The notes: generated by a model not told the origin, from the letters alone. 32,000 nucleotides of DNA from Candidatus Electrothrix sp. GW3-4 (GCF_037902255.1 NZ_CP147990.1:1920001-1952000); one strand, 5' to 3'; shown: positions 9,278 through 19,049, counted from the first letter of the stretch. Program-made: numbers and translations.

Positions 9278-10237
9278 TTATTCCTTTTTTTCAACGAGAG
9301 AAATCTTTACCTCTGTGGGCTTGTGAGAGATAATCTTGATTGGTTCGTGACCTGGCACCGAAACCCCATTGACCGTTACGGGCACCTGGCGGGGAAATTC
9401 TCCCGATCCTGCACTGACAGAGGCCCGGAAGAGCATGGAAAGTACCGGTGTCTCGCTGATTAATTTTTCAGGTATACCAGCAACAACCGTGAGAGAGTCC
9501 GGCTTCACCCGCACTTCCTGTGCACTATCACGAATATTAATGGGGATATTCCGCACCTTCTTTTCAACAAATTTATCCGCCACAGCCAACTTGGCAACAA
9601 CAGTGGTCTCACCGATGAGCTCCATAAATTCTGGGGAGAGATCCAGATGCACCGGAAGCGTGGTCGAATGGTTCAACCCGCTGAGGTTAATAACATAAGT
9701 TTTCAAGACCTGTTCCTGGGTGATAAGGCTTGCCGGACCAGAAACAAGGATCTTGTTAGGATTTAAGGAAACCTCTTTTAAAAAATATCCGTCCGCTACA
9801 TCGCCTTCAGTCACAGCAGTGAGAGGAAGCTCTCGTTCCACCAGTTTATCAATAGATAAGGTAATACTCGCCGGTTGCATCCTCAATATAGAGATACCAC
9901 TTGGCAGGGGAAAAGAAAGACTTTCGGTGTTCAGGACAATGGTGTCGGGCTTGGCCTCAGAAAGATCAAGTGACAGTGACGGCGGCCGGTTACGCACCTC
10001 CTGAATAATACCCCGGGGCCCGCGCAGGATCACAGAGACCTCTTTCTGATACTGATTATAAATAACCAGATTCTTCGGAAGATTGAGCACCTCTATCGGA
10101 ACACGCATGCTCACATCCATTTGATCTGTGCCCACAGCCAGAAACCAAACCAGAATACCAAGAGCAAGAGCAACCAGCTTCAGTAATAGATCTTTGTAAT
10201 TTACCTTTCTCTTCCAAATGTGTAATTGTTCAATCAT
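9278..10237 (-). CDS. cdaR: YbbR-domain protein CdaR (regulator of the diadenylate cyclase)
   Basis: N-terminal TM helix followed by repeated beta-rich YbbR-like segments. It sits in the conserved cdaA-cdaR-glmM order. I chose the start at ATG 10237 (MIEQLHIW), which overlaps the cdaA stop by 8 nt. Confidence 0.8.
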   Translation of the reverse strand: MIEQLHIWKRKVNYKDLLLKLVALALGILVWFLAVGTDQMDVSMRVPIEVLNLPKNLVIYNQYQKEVSVILRGPRGIIQEVRNRPPSLSLDLSEAKPDTIVLNTESLSFPLPSGISILRMQPASITLSIDKLVERELPLTAVTEGDVADGYFLKEVSLNPNKILVSGPASLITQEQVLKTYVINLSGLNHSTTLPVHLDLSPEFMELIGETTVVAKLAVADKFVEKKVRNIPINIRDSAQEVRVKPDSLTVVAGIPEKLISETPVLSMLFRASVSAGSGEFPRQVPVTVNGVSVPGHEPIKIISHKPTEVKISLVEKKE

Positions 10238-11081
10238 CAAGGGACGATCCTGTTTTATCCAATGATTTTCTCTGCTGGCTTGACCTATTTTTCGTCCATA
10301 AGGACTCGCTGCGGGAGTTGACAAGAAGTATTTCTTTTAAAAGGGCCTCCAGCTTGACCTCATCCCGCATAGGCGTAATATCCCCCCCCTGGACAACGGA
10401 AATCTCCTGGGTCTCCTCAGAAACAACAATCACCACGGCATCGGTTTCTTCAGAAAGGCCCAGGGCGGCCCGGTGTCGCGTCCCATAACGTTTATCGATA
10501 TCAGGATTTTTCGACAAAGGAAGCAGGCAGGCTGCTGAATGAATTCTTCCCTTTTTGATCACAACAGCACCATCATGCATGGGCGACATAGGGAAAAAAA
10601 GAGCCACCAAGAGTTCCTGTAGCAATTTGGCATCAAGAATAAAACCGGTTTCGATATATTCGGCTAAACCGGTGTCTCGTTCTATGATAATCAAGGCCCC
10701 TATACGGCGGCGGGCCATGTATACGGCCGCAGAAATGATTTCCGTGAGATCATGGGCTGCCATTTTCTGGCTTTTCAGAAAAGGCGTTCTGCCCATTTCT
10801 GTCAACACTCGACGGATATCATCCTGAAAGATAACAACCAGAATCAAAAGAATAGAACTGAGAAGATAGCGGAGCAGGAGCTGCAGGGTCAGCAGATCCA
10901 TCTGAATAGAGACAAAATAGATAAAACTGACCACCAAAATCCCGATCAGCATCTGCACCGCCCGAGTCCCCCGAATCAAAAGAATCGTCCGATAAATAAC
11001 AAAGGAAACGATCAAGATATCGATGAGATCCTGCCAGCGGACCGAGCGGGGAAAATTAAAGGTATGGAGAAAGTCAGGCAT
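10230..11081 (-). CDS. cdaA: diadenylate cyclase CdaA (c-di-AMP synthase)
   Basis: Three N-terminal TM helices plus a DisA_N domain with DGAVVI and GTRHRAALG motifs. Confidence 0.93.
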   Translation of the reverse strand: MPDFLHTFNFPRSVRWQDLIDILIVSFVIYRTILLIRGTRAVQMLIGILVVSFIYFVSIQMDLLTLQLLLRYLLSSILLILVVIFQDDIRRVLTEMGRTPFLKSQKMAAHDLTEIISAAVYMARRRIGALIIIERDTGLAEYIETGFILDAKLLQELLVALFFPMSPMHDGAVVIKKGRIHSAACLLPLSKNPDIDKRYGTRHRAALGLSEETDAVVIVVSEETQEISVVQGGDITPMRDEVKLEALLKEILLVNSRSESLWTKNRSSQQRKSLDKTGSSLDD

Positions 11082-11429
11082 AAAGGAAAATATGGGCTCG
11101 TCTCAAAAAATAGTCTTAATTTGCAGGCCTGTTTCTTTTTTGGCACTTTATCATAGTTGCAGAAAAAAAGGGGGCAGGAGAGCTGCATGTGGCCCCTCTT
11201 TTTCATTATTCTTTTTTATATCAATTTAACACGTTGACCGTATTATGCACAGGATAATCTCAGAAAGCCTGTGATTTTTCCTGGTTGCTGTAGTAAGCTT
11301 TCCGCCGCTATCCCGTCAATTAGCCTGACGGAAAAATAAAATGCCGCGTCTCGTCAAAAGACGAGCGAAAATCAACAAACAGAGCGAAATATTTCCTCTG
11401 GGAAATTCGCGGGAAACAACCAAAGCAGC

Positions 11430-12323
11430 ATGCTCAGACCACCATATAGCGAATATCAACGTCTCCATGTCTACTATCTGGATCAACGCAACCTGCCACC
11501 GATTACAGATCCAGACCTGATAGGTATCTGGATTGAAGATGAGACAGCCATCCTCTTTTTTCATCAGGCCAAAGAGGCGTTCATCCAGGCCCTTTGCCAG
11601 CAAACCGGGGCCTCTATTATCTATCAGGCAGATCTTGATTATCAGGACTGGGAGGCAGGGGTGAAGATCACCTCATTCGCCACCAAGACCTTACGGATTC
11701 GTCCAGTCTGGGAAGAACCAGCAGCGCAAGACAAGGTGAGCAAGGAAAAAACAGAGATTCTGCTCGATCCCAGTGTTATTTTTGGCTCTGGTTTTCACGC
11801 CACGACCCGGCTCTGCCTGGAGACCCTGGAGCTCCTCCTTCTGGAGTCTGGAATGCAGATCAACTCTGTTTTGGATCTGGGAACAGGGACAGGGCTGCTT
11901 GCCATAGCAGCTGCCAAACTCGGGGTAGAGCGGGTAACAGCCCTGGACAATAATCCCCTGGCAGTGGAGGTGGCCCAGGCCAATGCCGAACGCAATAACT
12001 GCGCTGATATCGTGAAGGTCCGGCCCTTCGATCTGATGGAGGGATTACCAGATATGGACCATGATCTGGTCATCACCAACCTCTACAAGGGACTCCTGAT
12101 CCGTCTCTTTCAGGATCAAAATTTCTGGCTTCCAGGGGCCTACATGGTTTCCGGCTTTATTCCTGGCATGGAGGCAGATCTGCTTGCAGCCCTACCAGCC
12201 AACAGGATTCAGATGCTCCATCGGGGCAATGCCGAACAATGGCGGTTATGGCTCCTCCAATATGCAGAGGAAAACCGGAACAACCAGAGAGGGAGCATAA
12301 CAGAGCTTCAAGTACACGAATGA
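11430..12323 (+). CDS. prmA: ribosomal protein L11 methyltransferase
   Basis: FGSGFHATTRLCLE and SAM-binding VLDLGTGTGLLAIAAAKLG motifs. Confidence 0.9.
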   Translation: MLRPPYSEYQRLHVYYLDQRNLPPITDPDLIGIWIEDETAILFFHQAKEAFIQALCQQTGASIIYQADLDYQDWEAGVKITSFATKTLRIRPVWEEPAAQDKVSKEKTEILLDPSVIFGSGFHATTRLCLETLELLLLESGMQINSVLDLGTGTGLLAIAAAKLGVERVTALDNNPLAVEVAQANAERNNCADIVKVRPFDLMEGLPDMDHDLVITNLYKGLLIRLFQDQNFWLPGAYMVSGFIPGMEADLLAALPANRIQMLHRGNAEQWRLWLLQYAEENRNNQRGSITELQVHE

Positions 12324-12751
12324 TTGCTGAACTCACCTCACTCCCCCTTACTGACCTCCTGGAGGCACTGGGCCTCATCTCCCTGCTCACCTTTCTCGGT
12401 AGCCTGCTTATCCTTCCCTGGTTGATCCTGAGCATGCAAGCGGATTATTTCATTCGTCACCACCAGGAGGTCGTTGCACGGCATCAACGACATCCGGTCC
12501 TTGCTATCATCATCTTCTTTCTCCGTAACAGCATCGGGTTCTGTGTAATGGTCGCCGGAATGGCCATGCTGGTGCTCCCTGGTCAGGGGATCTTGACCAT
12601 GGTGATCGGGTTTTCCCTCATGGATTTTCCCAAAAAACATCATCTCACCGACCGAATCATGGCAAATCGCAAAATCCAGCACTCGCTCAATTGGATCCGC
12701 CATAAGGGGGGCAAAGAGGACCTTATCTTTTTGCCGCCTGCTGCCCCATGA
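12320..12751 (+). CDS. small membrane protein with PGPGW-like motif
   Basis: ATG 12320 overlaps the prmA stop (ATGA), and its stop overlaps the mutY ATG (ATGA), indicating translational coupling. It has hydrophobic helices and LPGQGILTMVIGF, reminiscent of the PGPGW transmembrane family. The track's 12239 start would overlap prmA by 85 nt. Confidence 0.55.
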   Translation: MIAELTSLPLTDLLEALGLISLLTFLGSLLILPWLILSMQADYFIRHHQEVVARHQRHPVLAIIIFFLRNSIGFCVMVAGMAMLVLPGQGILTMVIGFSLMDFPKKHHLTDRIMANRKIQHSLNWIRHKGGKEDLIFLPPAAP

Positions 12752-13815
12752 AGAGCACCCTGATCCGCCAGGCCCTCCTTGCCTGGTTTGCGGAAAACCA
12801 ACGCCCCCTCCCCTGGCGCAGGGAATACCGACCCTACCATGTCTGGATCGCAGAGATCATGGGTCAGCAGACCCAAATGGACCGGGCGGTGACCTATTTC
12901 AACAACTGGATCAGGCAATTCCCGAACATCCCGACTCTTGCTGCGGCCTCAGAACAGGAGGTCGTCAAGGCCTGGGAAGGGCTGGGTTATTATAGCCGGG
13001 TGCGAAACATCCGCAAAACTGCTGACATCCTGGTCCAGGAATACGGGGCCAAGCTCCCCGATAATGAGCCCCAGCTCCTTGCCCTGCCTGGTATCGGGCC
13101 ATACACCGCAGCCGCCATCCTCTCCATTGCCTTTAATCGTCCGGTTCCCCTGTTGGATGCCAATGTGGAACGGATCCTCTGCCGACTTGACGATATCGAC
13201 CAGCCGGTCAAGCAGGTAGCGACCCGAAAGCTGCTCCTGCAACGCTGCTCTGACCTGCTGCCTGAAGATGATGCCCGACATTTCAACCAGGCCCTGATGG
13301 AATTCGGGGCCTTGATCTGCACCCCAAAAAGACCTGTCTGTTCGACCTGCCCACTCCAGCAATGGTGTCGCGCCTATGCAGGGGACATCGTTGACCTCCG
13401 TCCGGTCCCAGGGAAAAAGGAAAAGCGGATTGATATCTTCATGGCCTGCGGCATTATTGAGCACGGCGACCGCTTCTATATCCAGCAGCGCCGGGAAAAG
13501 GATGTCTGGGGTGGTTTATGGGAATTCCCTGGTGGACGTCTCAAAGAAGACGAACCCCCTGAGCAGGCTGCAATACGTGAGATCCTTGAGGAAACAGAAT
13601 TCCAGGTGACAGATCTACGCCCCTTTGCCACAGCGATCCACCATTACACAAAGTATCGCGTCACCTTAGAGGCCTTTTTCTGTCGCCTGGCAAGCAACCA
13701 GTCAATGACCCCGATCCTCCATGCCGCAAGTCAGTACAAGTGGGTGAGGCTCAATGAATTAAGCAGCTTTGCCTTCCCAGCTGGCCATCGCCAGTTGGTT
13801 GAAAAGATGGGCTAA
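12748..13815 (+). CDS. mutY: A/G-specific adenine DNA glycosylase
   Basis: HhH-GPD domain (LPGIGPYTAAAI), Fe-S cluster loop CTPKRPVCSTCPLQQWC, and a C-terminal NUDIX-like domain (GLWEFPGG). Confidence 0.92.
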   Translation: MKSTLIRQALLAWFAENQRPLPWRREYRPYHVWIAEIMGQQTQMDRAVTYFNNWIRQFPNIPTLAAASEQEVVKAWEGLGYYSRVRNIRKTADILVQEYGAKLPDNEPQLLALPGIGPYTAAAILSIAFNRPVPLLDANVERILCRLDDIDQPVKQVATRKLLLQRCSDLLPEDDARHFNQALMEFGALICTPKRPVCSTCPLQQWCRAYAGDIVDLRPVPGKKEKRIDIFMACGIIEHGDRFYIQQRREKDVWGGLWEFPGGRLKEDEPPEQAAIREILEETEFQVTDLRPFATAIHHYTKYRVTLEAFFCRLASNQSMTPILHAASQYKWVRLNELSSFAFPAGHRQLVEKMG

Positions 13816-13833
13816 ATCTTGTAGGTACTATAG

Positions 13834-13866
13834 GGGGAATCCCCTGTGATTCCCCTTTTATCATTT
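13834..13866 (+). terminator. Rho-independent terminator after mutY
   Basis: Stem GGGGAATC/GATTCCCC, loop CCCTGT, followed by TTTTATCATTTTT. Confidence 0.6.
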
Positions 13867-13911
13867 TTGGGCAGGCACAGGTACCTGTCCCTATAACAAC
13901 AAGGAAAACCT

Positions 13912-14127
13912 ATGAAGATCACTATTGAATACTGCACGGCGTGAAACTACAAACCCAGGGCCTCCGGTCTGGAGGACGAGTTAAAAAAGGAATTCGGCGC
14001 TGAGGTGGAGCTTATTCCCGGTTCTGGCGGCGTATTCACTGTTTGCGTAGATGGCAAGCAGGTCTTTTCCAAACATGAAACCGGGCGTTTTCCCAATAAT
14101 GGGGAGATTGTCGGCCTGCTTCGTTAA
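13912..14127 (+). CDS. SelW/SelT/Rdx-family selenoprotein (CxxU redox motif), 71 aa, UGA = Sec at 13942-13944
   Basis: My translation is MKITIEYCTAUNYKPRASGLEDELKKEFGAEVELIPGSGGVFTVCVDGKQVFSKHETGRFPNNGEIVGLLR. The IEYC..U, LIPG..G.F.V.VDG and FSK...GRFP blocks are the Rdx-family signature. AAGGA lies 6 nt before the ATG. The gene is absent from the ORF track because of the TGA at codon 11. Confidence 0.8.
13961..13975 (+). promoter_or_regulatory. SECIS-like hairpin downstream of the selW-like UGA
   Basis: CCTCC-GGTCT-GGAGG, starting 16 nt after the TGA. The apical loop contains GGUCU, resembling the AGGUCU apical loop I recall from the E. coli fdhF SECIS. Confidence 0.45.
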
Positions 14128-14140
14128 GCAGCAGTTCGGA

Positions 14141-14159
14141 CCCGGTGCCCAGCACCGGG
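14141..14159 (+). terminator. hairpin after the selW-like gene (weak terminator candidate)
   Basis: CCCGGTGC-CCA-GCACCGGG, 8-bp GC-rich stem. The downstream tract CTTCTTCCC is only moderately T-rich. Confidence 0.35.
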
Positions 14160-14350
14160 CCTTCTTCCCTATTACCTATTATAGTGGACCCAAATCTTCA
14201 TGTACTTGATGCCGCTGTCGCTATCTCAGCCGCTCTCTGGAGCCTGAACTTACGTTATTCAGGAACAACTCTATTCAGTTTGAAATATCTCCCCCTTGAT
14301 TTCAAGGTTGACAACCTGAGAAGAAATCAGGTAGACATTGACCTACGTTT

Positions 14351-14437
14351 CACTGGGGGTGCTTTGGACAAAGCTGAGAGAGGTCTGTGCCTCAACCCTT
14401 GGAACCTGATACGGTTCATACCGTCGTAGGGATAGTG
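14351..14437 (+). promoter_or_regulatory. TPP (thiamine pyrophosphate) riboswitch, THI-box
   Basis: CACTGGGGGTGC...GCTGAGAGA...ACCCTTGGAACCTGATACGGTTCATACCGTCGTAGGGATAGTG matches the THI element consensus (GGGGUGC, CUGAGA, ACCCUUxGAACCUGAUxxGGxUAAUxCCxGCGUAGGGA). P1 closes as CACT/AGTG. It lies upstream of thiS. Confidence 0.9.
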
Positions 14438-14600
14438 ATGAAAGCGTCGCAGAAGTTCCTTTTTGCCCTTCTTTCTTCCTCTCCCCGCATTTTTTGTTTT
14501 TTGTGATTTTGTAACTCTCTCCGGTTAGTTTCCCCCTTATCACCACCTGGGAGATAAAGGGCAGACACGCAGGTTTGCCCCTACTATTACTAATATTTCC

Positions 14601-14798
14601 ATGCATATTATTCTAAACGGCGAACAGACAGCAATCACCAGCCCAACTCTGCTTGCAATGGTTAAGGAAAAGGGCTTTGATCTGGATAGCGTGATTGCAG
14701 AAGTCAATCTGCAGCTGATAAAAAAAGACGACTGGGAACAGACCACTCTTGCTGAAGGCGACAGGGTGGAGTTGCTCAGTTTTGTAGGAGGTGGATGA
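14601..14798 (+). CDS. thiS: sulfur-carrier protein ThiS
   Basis: 65-aa ubiquitin-like protein ending in GG (FVGGG). It sits directly upstream of thiG with an overlapping stop/start. Confidence 0.9.
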   Translation: MHIILNGEQTAITSPTLLAMVKEKGFDLDSVIAEVNLQLIKKDDWEQTTLAEGDRVELLSFVGGG

Positions 14799-15586
14799 TG
14801 TCCACAAGAGAAACAGAAGATGACACCCTGTATTTTGGCGATGTTGCTTTTTCCAGTCGCCTGCTTACCGGGACCGGCAAATTTGCCTCACGGGATATAA
14901 TTGCCCCAATGTTGGAGGCCAGCGGCTCAGAGCTGATTACCGTGGCCCTGCGCAGGGTAGATCCTAAGGCCAAGGAAAAAGATATCCTCCAGTACATCCC
15001 CAAATCAGTGCATATCCTCCCTAATACCTCGGGTGCCCGGACTGCTGAGGAGTCTGTGCGCATTGCCCGGATTGCGCGGGAGGCGGGTTGTGGTGCTTTT
15101 ATCAAGATCGAGGTGATCACCGACATGAAGTACCTGCTGCCGGATAATGCTGGCACCCTCAAGGCCACCGAGATCCTGGCTAAGGAGGGCTTTATTGTCC
15201 TGCCCTATATGATGCCGGATATCACCGTGACCAAACAGCTCCACGATGCCGGGGCCGCCGCCATCATGCCCCTGGGATCGCCCATCGGGACCAACCGGGG
15301 CCTGGAAATGAAGACCATGATCAAGCGGATTATCGAAATCAGCAAGCTGCCCGTGGTGGTGGATGCAGGTATTGGTCGTCCTTCCCAGGCAGCAGAGGCT
15401 ATGGAGATGGGCGCAGATGCGGTTTTGGTCAACACGGCCATTGCTACCAGTTATGATCCTGTGGCAGCAGGCAAGGCCTTTGCCTTAGCTGTTCAGGCGG
15501 GTCGGATGGCGTACTTGGCCCAGATGGCTGGTGAAAAGACCTATGCTGAAGCTTCCTCACCTCTGACCGGTTTTTTGAGGCAATAA
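14795..15586 (+). CDS. thiG: thiazole synthase
   Basis: Full-length ThiG character: [37 protein letters not shown]. Confidence 0.95.
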   Translation: MMSTRETEDDTLYFGDVAFSSRLLTGTGKFASRDIIAPMLEASGSELITVALRRVDPKAKEKDILQYIPKSVHILPNTSGARTAEESVRIARIAREAGCGAFIKIEVITDMKYLLPDNAGTLKATEILAKEGFIVLPYMMPDITVTKQLHDAGAAAIMPLGSPIGTNRGLEMKTMIKRIIEISKLPVVVDAGIGRPSQAAEAMEMGADAVLVNTAIATSYDPVAAGKAFALAVQAGRMAYLAQMAGEKTYAEASSPLTGFLRQ

Positions 15587-15587
15587 C

Positions 15588-16697
15588 ATGTCCTTTCATG
15601 ATGAAATTGTCCGCTTGGAGTCCTTTGATTTTGAGGAATATTTTCGCTCTGTGCGGCCCGAGGATGTGCGTAATTCCTTAGATCGGGATGAGCTGGATCA
15701 GCGCGATCTGCTCAACCTGCTTTCTCTGACAGCGCAGGATTTCCTGGAGGAAATGGCGCAAAAGGCCCGTCAGGTGACCCGTCAGTATTTTGGTAATATT
15801 ATCAGCCTGTATGCGCCACTTTATATCTCCGATCATTGCTCTAACCTCTGTACCTATTGCGGTTTTAATGCAGGAGTGGATTTTACCCGGACCAAGTTGT
15901 CCCTGGAGGAGATTGAGCGGGAGGCCGCAGCCATTGCTGCTACCGGCATCCGGCATATTTTAATCCTGACGGGCGAGGCTCCGGCCCAGACCCCTCTTGC
16001 CTATTTAGAAGAGACGGTCAAGATCATGAAAAAATACTTTTCCTCTATTGCTCTGGAAATTTTCCCCATGGACGAGGAAGACTACCGGGTGCTGTGTCAG
16101 GCCGGGGCTGATTCCCTGACCGTGTATCAGGAGGTTTATGATCGAGATATATATAAAGAGGTCCATCCTAAGGGGCGAAAGGCTGATTATACATATCGGT
16201 TACTCACCCCGGAACGCGGGGCACGGGCAGGTTTTCGGGCCTTGAATATCGGAGCCCTGTTTGGTTTGGGCGAGCCACGTAAGGAAGCCTGCATAGCAGC
16301 TTTGCATGCTCGTTGGCTGGAGCTGGAGTTTCCCGACGTGGAGGTCTCGCTCTCTCTGCCACGCATGACCAAGGCCAAGGGGATTATTGAACCGAAGAAT
16401 ATTTTGTCCGATATTGATTTTGTCCAATTCATGCTGGCCTGGCGGCTCTTTATGCCCCGGCTGGGTATCACTATCTCTACTCGTGAATCTGCCGAGTTCC
16501 GTGATCGTTTGATCCATCTCGGCGCAACGCGTTTTTCCTCCGGTTCCAAGACCGGGGTTGGTGAGTATTCCCTGAAGGATCATGCCGAAGCCACGGTGCA
16601 GTTCGAGGTAACTGATGGTCGGAGCGTGGATGAGGTGGCGGATATGATCCGGCAGAGTGGATATCAGCCGGTGTTTAAGGATTGGGAGATGGTGTAA
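15588..16697 (+). CDS. thiH: 2-iminoacetate synthase (tyrosine lyase), radical SAM
   Basis: Radical-SAM CSNLCTYCGF motif, about 370 aa, in thiS-thiG-thiH order. Confidence 0.9.
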   Translation: MSFHDEIVRLESFDFEEYFRSVRPEDVRNSLDRDELDQRDLLNLLSLTAQDFLEEMAQKARQVTRQYFGNIISLYAPLYISDHCSNLCTYCGFNAGVDFTRTKLSLEEIEREAAAIAATGIRHILILTGEAPAQTPLAYLEETVKIMKKYFSSIALEIFPMDEEDYRVLCQAGADSLTVYQEVYDRDIYKEVHPKGRKADYTYRLLTPERGARAGFRALNIGALFGLGEPRKEACIAALHARWLELEFPDVEVSLSLPRMTKAKGIIEPKNILSDIDFVQFMLAWRLFMPRLGITISTRESAEFRDRLIHLGATRFSSGSKTGVGEYSLKDHAEATVQFEVTDGRSVDEVADMIRQSGYQPVFKDWEMV

Positions 16698-16837
16698 AAA
16701 GGTTACTCAACCTGTTATGGAGATATCGAGAGAAGCAAGGCAGAGGTGATGGTCGAGATGATCTATCAAGGTAAGTGTCTGTCGATACGTAAGGATTAGA
16801 AAGTTGCACTGATCCTGATATTCAGATGAGGTAATCA

Positions 16838-17389
16838 GTGAATATTTTTACAGCGGCAGTAAATGGATTTACCATCGTGATTGAGAAGATAGGGATTGCC
16901 TTCAAAGCTATCCTGATCGGGATGAGAATCTTGTTCGTTGCAATTATTGATGCCTTTCTATCCTTTTCAAAGTGGCTCGGAAGAAAGATACTTAATGCAA
17001 TAACATGGCTTTTCAAACTGTATTTGTCTTTTGAAAGCGGTTGTATTCCCATAGTACAAAAAGCTGTGGGAATATTGATCAGATTGCGATGGGGAGTTGT
17101 TATCTTATCGATCTTATATGCTGTTTTGAGATATCTTGGCCTAACGGCTTTCATTTTGTCAGTTGCTGTTTGCGGCGTGCTTATCTTAATAGGATATTCG
17201 GAGGCTGAGCATGAAGAGAAACAGTGGGAAAAGGTTATAAATACCATCAATGAGTACGTTGCTCGTTATTTGAAATACGTGATTCGAGTTTTGATATTTA
17301 TCTTTTCTATCTATATGCTTCCAAGAACCTGCTATGTATCAATAGTGCTAATCCAGGCGATACTAAACCTATTTGGTTATTCAACGTGA
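16838..17389 (+). CDS. hypothetical multi-pass membrane protein (orphan, AT-rich)
   Basis: 183-aa ORF with GTG start and several long hydrophobic segments. I recognise no family motif. It is visibly more AT-rich than the flanking thi genes. Confidence 0.45.
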   Translation: MNIFTAAVNGFTIVIEKIGIAFKAILIGMRILFVAIIDAFLSFSKWLGRKILNAITWLFKLYLSFESGCIPIVQKAVGILIRLRWGVVILSILYAVLRYLGLTAFILSVAVCGVLILIGYSEAEHEEKQWEKVINTINEYVARYLKYVIRVLIFIFSIYMLPRTCYVSIVLIQAILNLFGYST

Positions 17390-17399
17390 ATGCACAACG

Positions 17400-17483
17400 A
17401 TGACAGCAGACAATATCCTCGATCTTAAACCACTCTCCACCGAAGGCGGCTATTTCCGCAGAACCTACGAACAATACTGGTAA
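17400..17483 (+). pseudogene. 27-codon remnant of a DUF985 cupin gene (5' fragment)
   Basis: It reads MTADNILDLKPLSTEGGYFRRTYEQYW*, against MIHNDIIALLSLEPHPYEGGYFRRTYES at the start of the intact cupin gene (20119). There is a 31-nt identical run, 17441-17471 = 20169-20199. Confidence 0.55.
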
Positions 17484-17485
17484 CT

Positions 17486-17529
17486 ATGGCACGAAAACTC
17501 ATCAGCTTTGACTGGGCCATGAAAAAGCT
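17486..17529 (+). repeat. duplicated 5' end of the rpn-family gene (44 nt, 1 mismatch vs 19174-19217)
   Basis: ATGGCACGAAAACTCATCAGCTTTGACTGGGCCATGAAAAAGCT here, against ATGGCACGAAAACTCATCAGCTTCGACTGGGCCATGAAAAAGCT at 19174. Similarity ends abruptly after this. Confidence 0.7.
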
Positions 17530-17600
17530 ACGTTGCACTCCGCTTTCTACTGCCGGTTATGGCTGGCGTTAGGATAGGAATTAACTTCTGTGTATTCACC

Positions 17601-19049
17601 ATGATTAATTTCGATAATACGTATTCAAAACTTCCAGAAAGGTTTTTCAAGCGCAATAAACCTGCCCATTTTCCTGATCCAAAACTGTTGGCCTTTAATT
17701 CCGAACTTGCCGCTGAATTGGAAATTGCCGGTCCAGTTTCTGGAATGGAGAACAGGACTGAAGAAAGTGTATACTCAGATGATGACCTCGCTCAAATTTT
17801 CTCAGGCCAGAAAATTCTTCCCGGCTCAGACCCCTTATCGCAGGCTTACGCTGGCTATCAATTTGGTCAACCCGTTGCACAATTAGGAGACGGGCGAGCG
17901 CATTATCTTGGAGAAACTAACGGGTTTGAATTGCAGCTCAAAGGTTCCGGGCGGACAGCGTTCTCCAGGGATGGAGACGGTCGTTCCTCACTTGGCCCGG
18001 TCATCAGAGAATACCTGGTGAGTGAAGCAATGGCAGTCCTGGGAGTGCCGACCACCCGTGCTCTGGCAGCAGTGCGAACAGGGGAGGAGGTTGTACGCCA
18101 GTTCGGTCCGGAACCGGGAGGAGTCTTCACCCGGGTTGCCCCCACGCATGTGAGGGTCGGCACGTTTCAGTATTTTACTTTTAAAAATGATTTAGAAGCC
18201 ATAGAAATATTGCTGAAGTATGTTGTTGAGCGCTTCTATCCAGAACTTCAGAATTTACCAGTGGCCGATCAATGTATAGGGGTGTTACAAGCTCTTACGT
18301 GCAGGCAGGCAAAACTCATCGCACACTGGAAGTCACTGGGCTTCATTCATGGAGTGATGAACACTGATAACTTTTCAGTTATCGGGATTACAATCGACTA
18401 TGGTCCCTGCGCGTTCATGGATCAATTTTCATACGATAAGGTATTCAGCTCTATTGATCGAAACGGCAGGTACAGCTACGCAAACCAAACAGCTATTGCC
18501 AAGTGGAACCTTTTCCGGCTGGCAGAATGTTTTGTTCCATTGATTCGAGATGATGAAGCGCAATCTATACAGCTCCTCACAACGGCTTTGGAAGGAAAAA
18601 TGGAAATGTTCGAAAAGGCTGAACACAAAGCGATGACTGCAAAATTGGGATTGCCACCAGGGGCAGAACAGACAGAATTGGTTTACCTTTTTTTAGCGTA
18701 TTGCGAAAATGAACAATTGGACTTCACCTTAGCTTTCAGAAAGCTACCAGAACTCTATTATAATCAAACAGATTTTTTCCCGCAGACAACAGAGCTTTCT
18801 GCCTTCACTGAAAAATGGAAAGCCCATAAGCCGGATGTTGAAAAATTGCATGCCATAAATCCGCTGATCATTCCCCGCAATCATCAGGTGGAACGGGTTA
18901 TTCAGTCATGCTATCAGGGAAATGACGAGCCGTTTTTCCAGATGCTCGAAGCTGGAAAAAAACCATTTGAGAAAAATGAGGCCCTTGCTGAATTCGCCAT
19001 GCCACCTAAGAAAAATGAAATTGTGAGACAGACATACTGTGGGACCTGA
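17601..19049 (+). CDS. selO: protein adenylyltransferase SelO (YdiU/UPF0061 pseudokinase-fold AMPylase)
   Basis: YAGYQFGQ, LGDGRA, LQLKGSGRTAFSR, HGVMNTDN and IDYGPCAFMD blocks, with a C-terminal ...TYCGT. I prefer the start at ATG 17601 (MINFDNTY) over 17559. Confidence 0.88.
   Translation: MINFDNTYSKLPERFFKRNKPAHFPDPKLLAFNSELAAELEIAGPVSGMENRTEESVYSDDDLAQIFSGQKILPGSDPLSQAYAGYQFGQPVAQLGDGRAHYLGETNGFELQLKGSGRTAFSRDGDGRSSLGPVIREYLVSEAMAVLGVPTTRALAAVRTGEEVVRQFGPEPGGVFTRVAPTHVRVGTFQYFTFKNDLEAIEILLKYVVERFYPELQNLPVADQCIGVLQALTCRQAKLIAHWKSLGFIHGVMNTDNFSVIGITIDYGPCAFMDQFSYDKVFSSIDRNGRYSYANQTAIAKWNLFRLAECFVPLIRDDEAQSIQLLTTALEGKMEMFEKAEHKAMTAKLGLPPGAEQTELVYLFLAYCENEQLDFTLAFRKLPELYYNQTDFFPQTTELSAFTEKWKAHKPDVEKLHAINPLIIPRNHQVERVIQSCYQGNDEPFFQMLEAGKKPFEKNEALAEFAMPPKKNEIVRQTYCGT

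Noticed and set aside
11160-11215. GGGG...CCCC pairing followed by T-runs between the divergent cdaA and prmA genes.
   Set aside because: The stem is only about 5 bp with a loop of about 20 nt. No gene on either strand ends there, so a terminator call is unsupported.
12239-12319. An upstream extension of the small membrane ORF, using the track's start at 12239.
   Set aside because: It would overlap prmA by 85 nt. ATG 12320 gives a classic ATGA stop/start overlap instead.
14145-14429. A 94-aa plus-strand ORF upstream of thiS.
   Set aside because: It overlaps the TPP riboswitch and the selW terminator hairpin. It has no RBS and no protein-like motifs, so it is best explained as non-coding leader.
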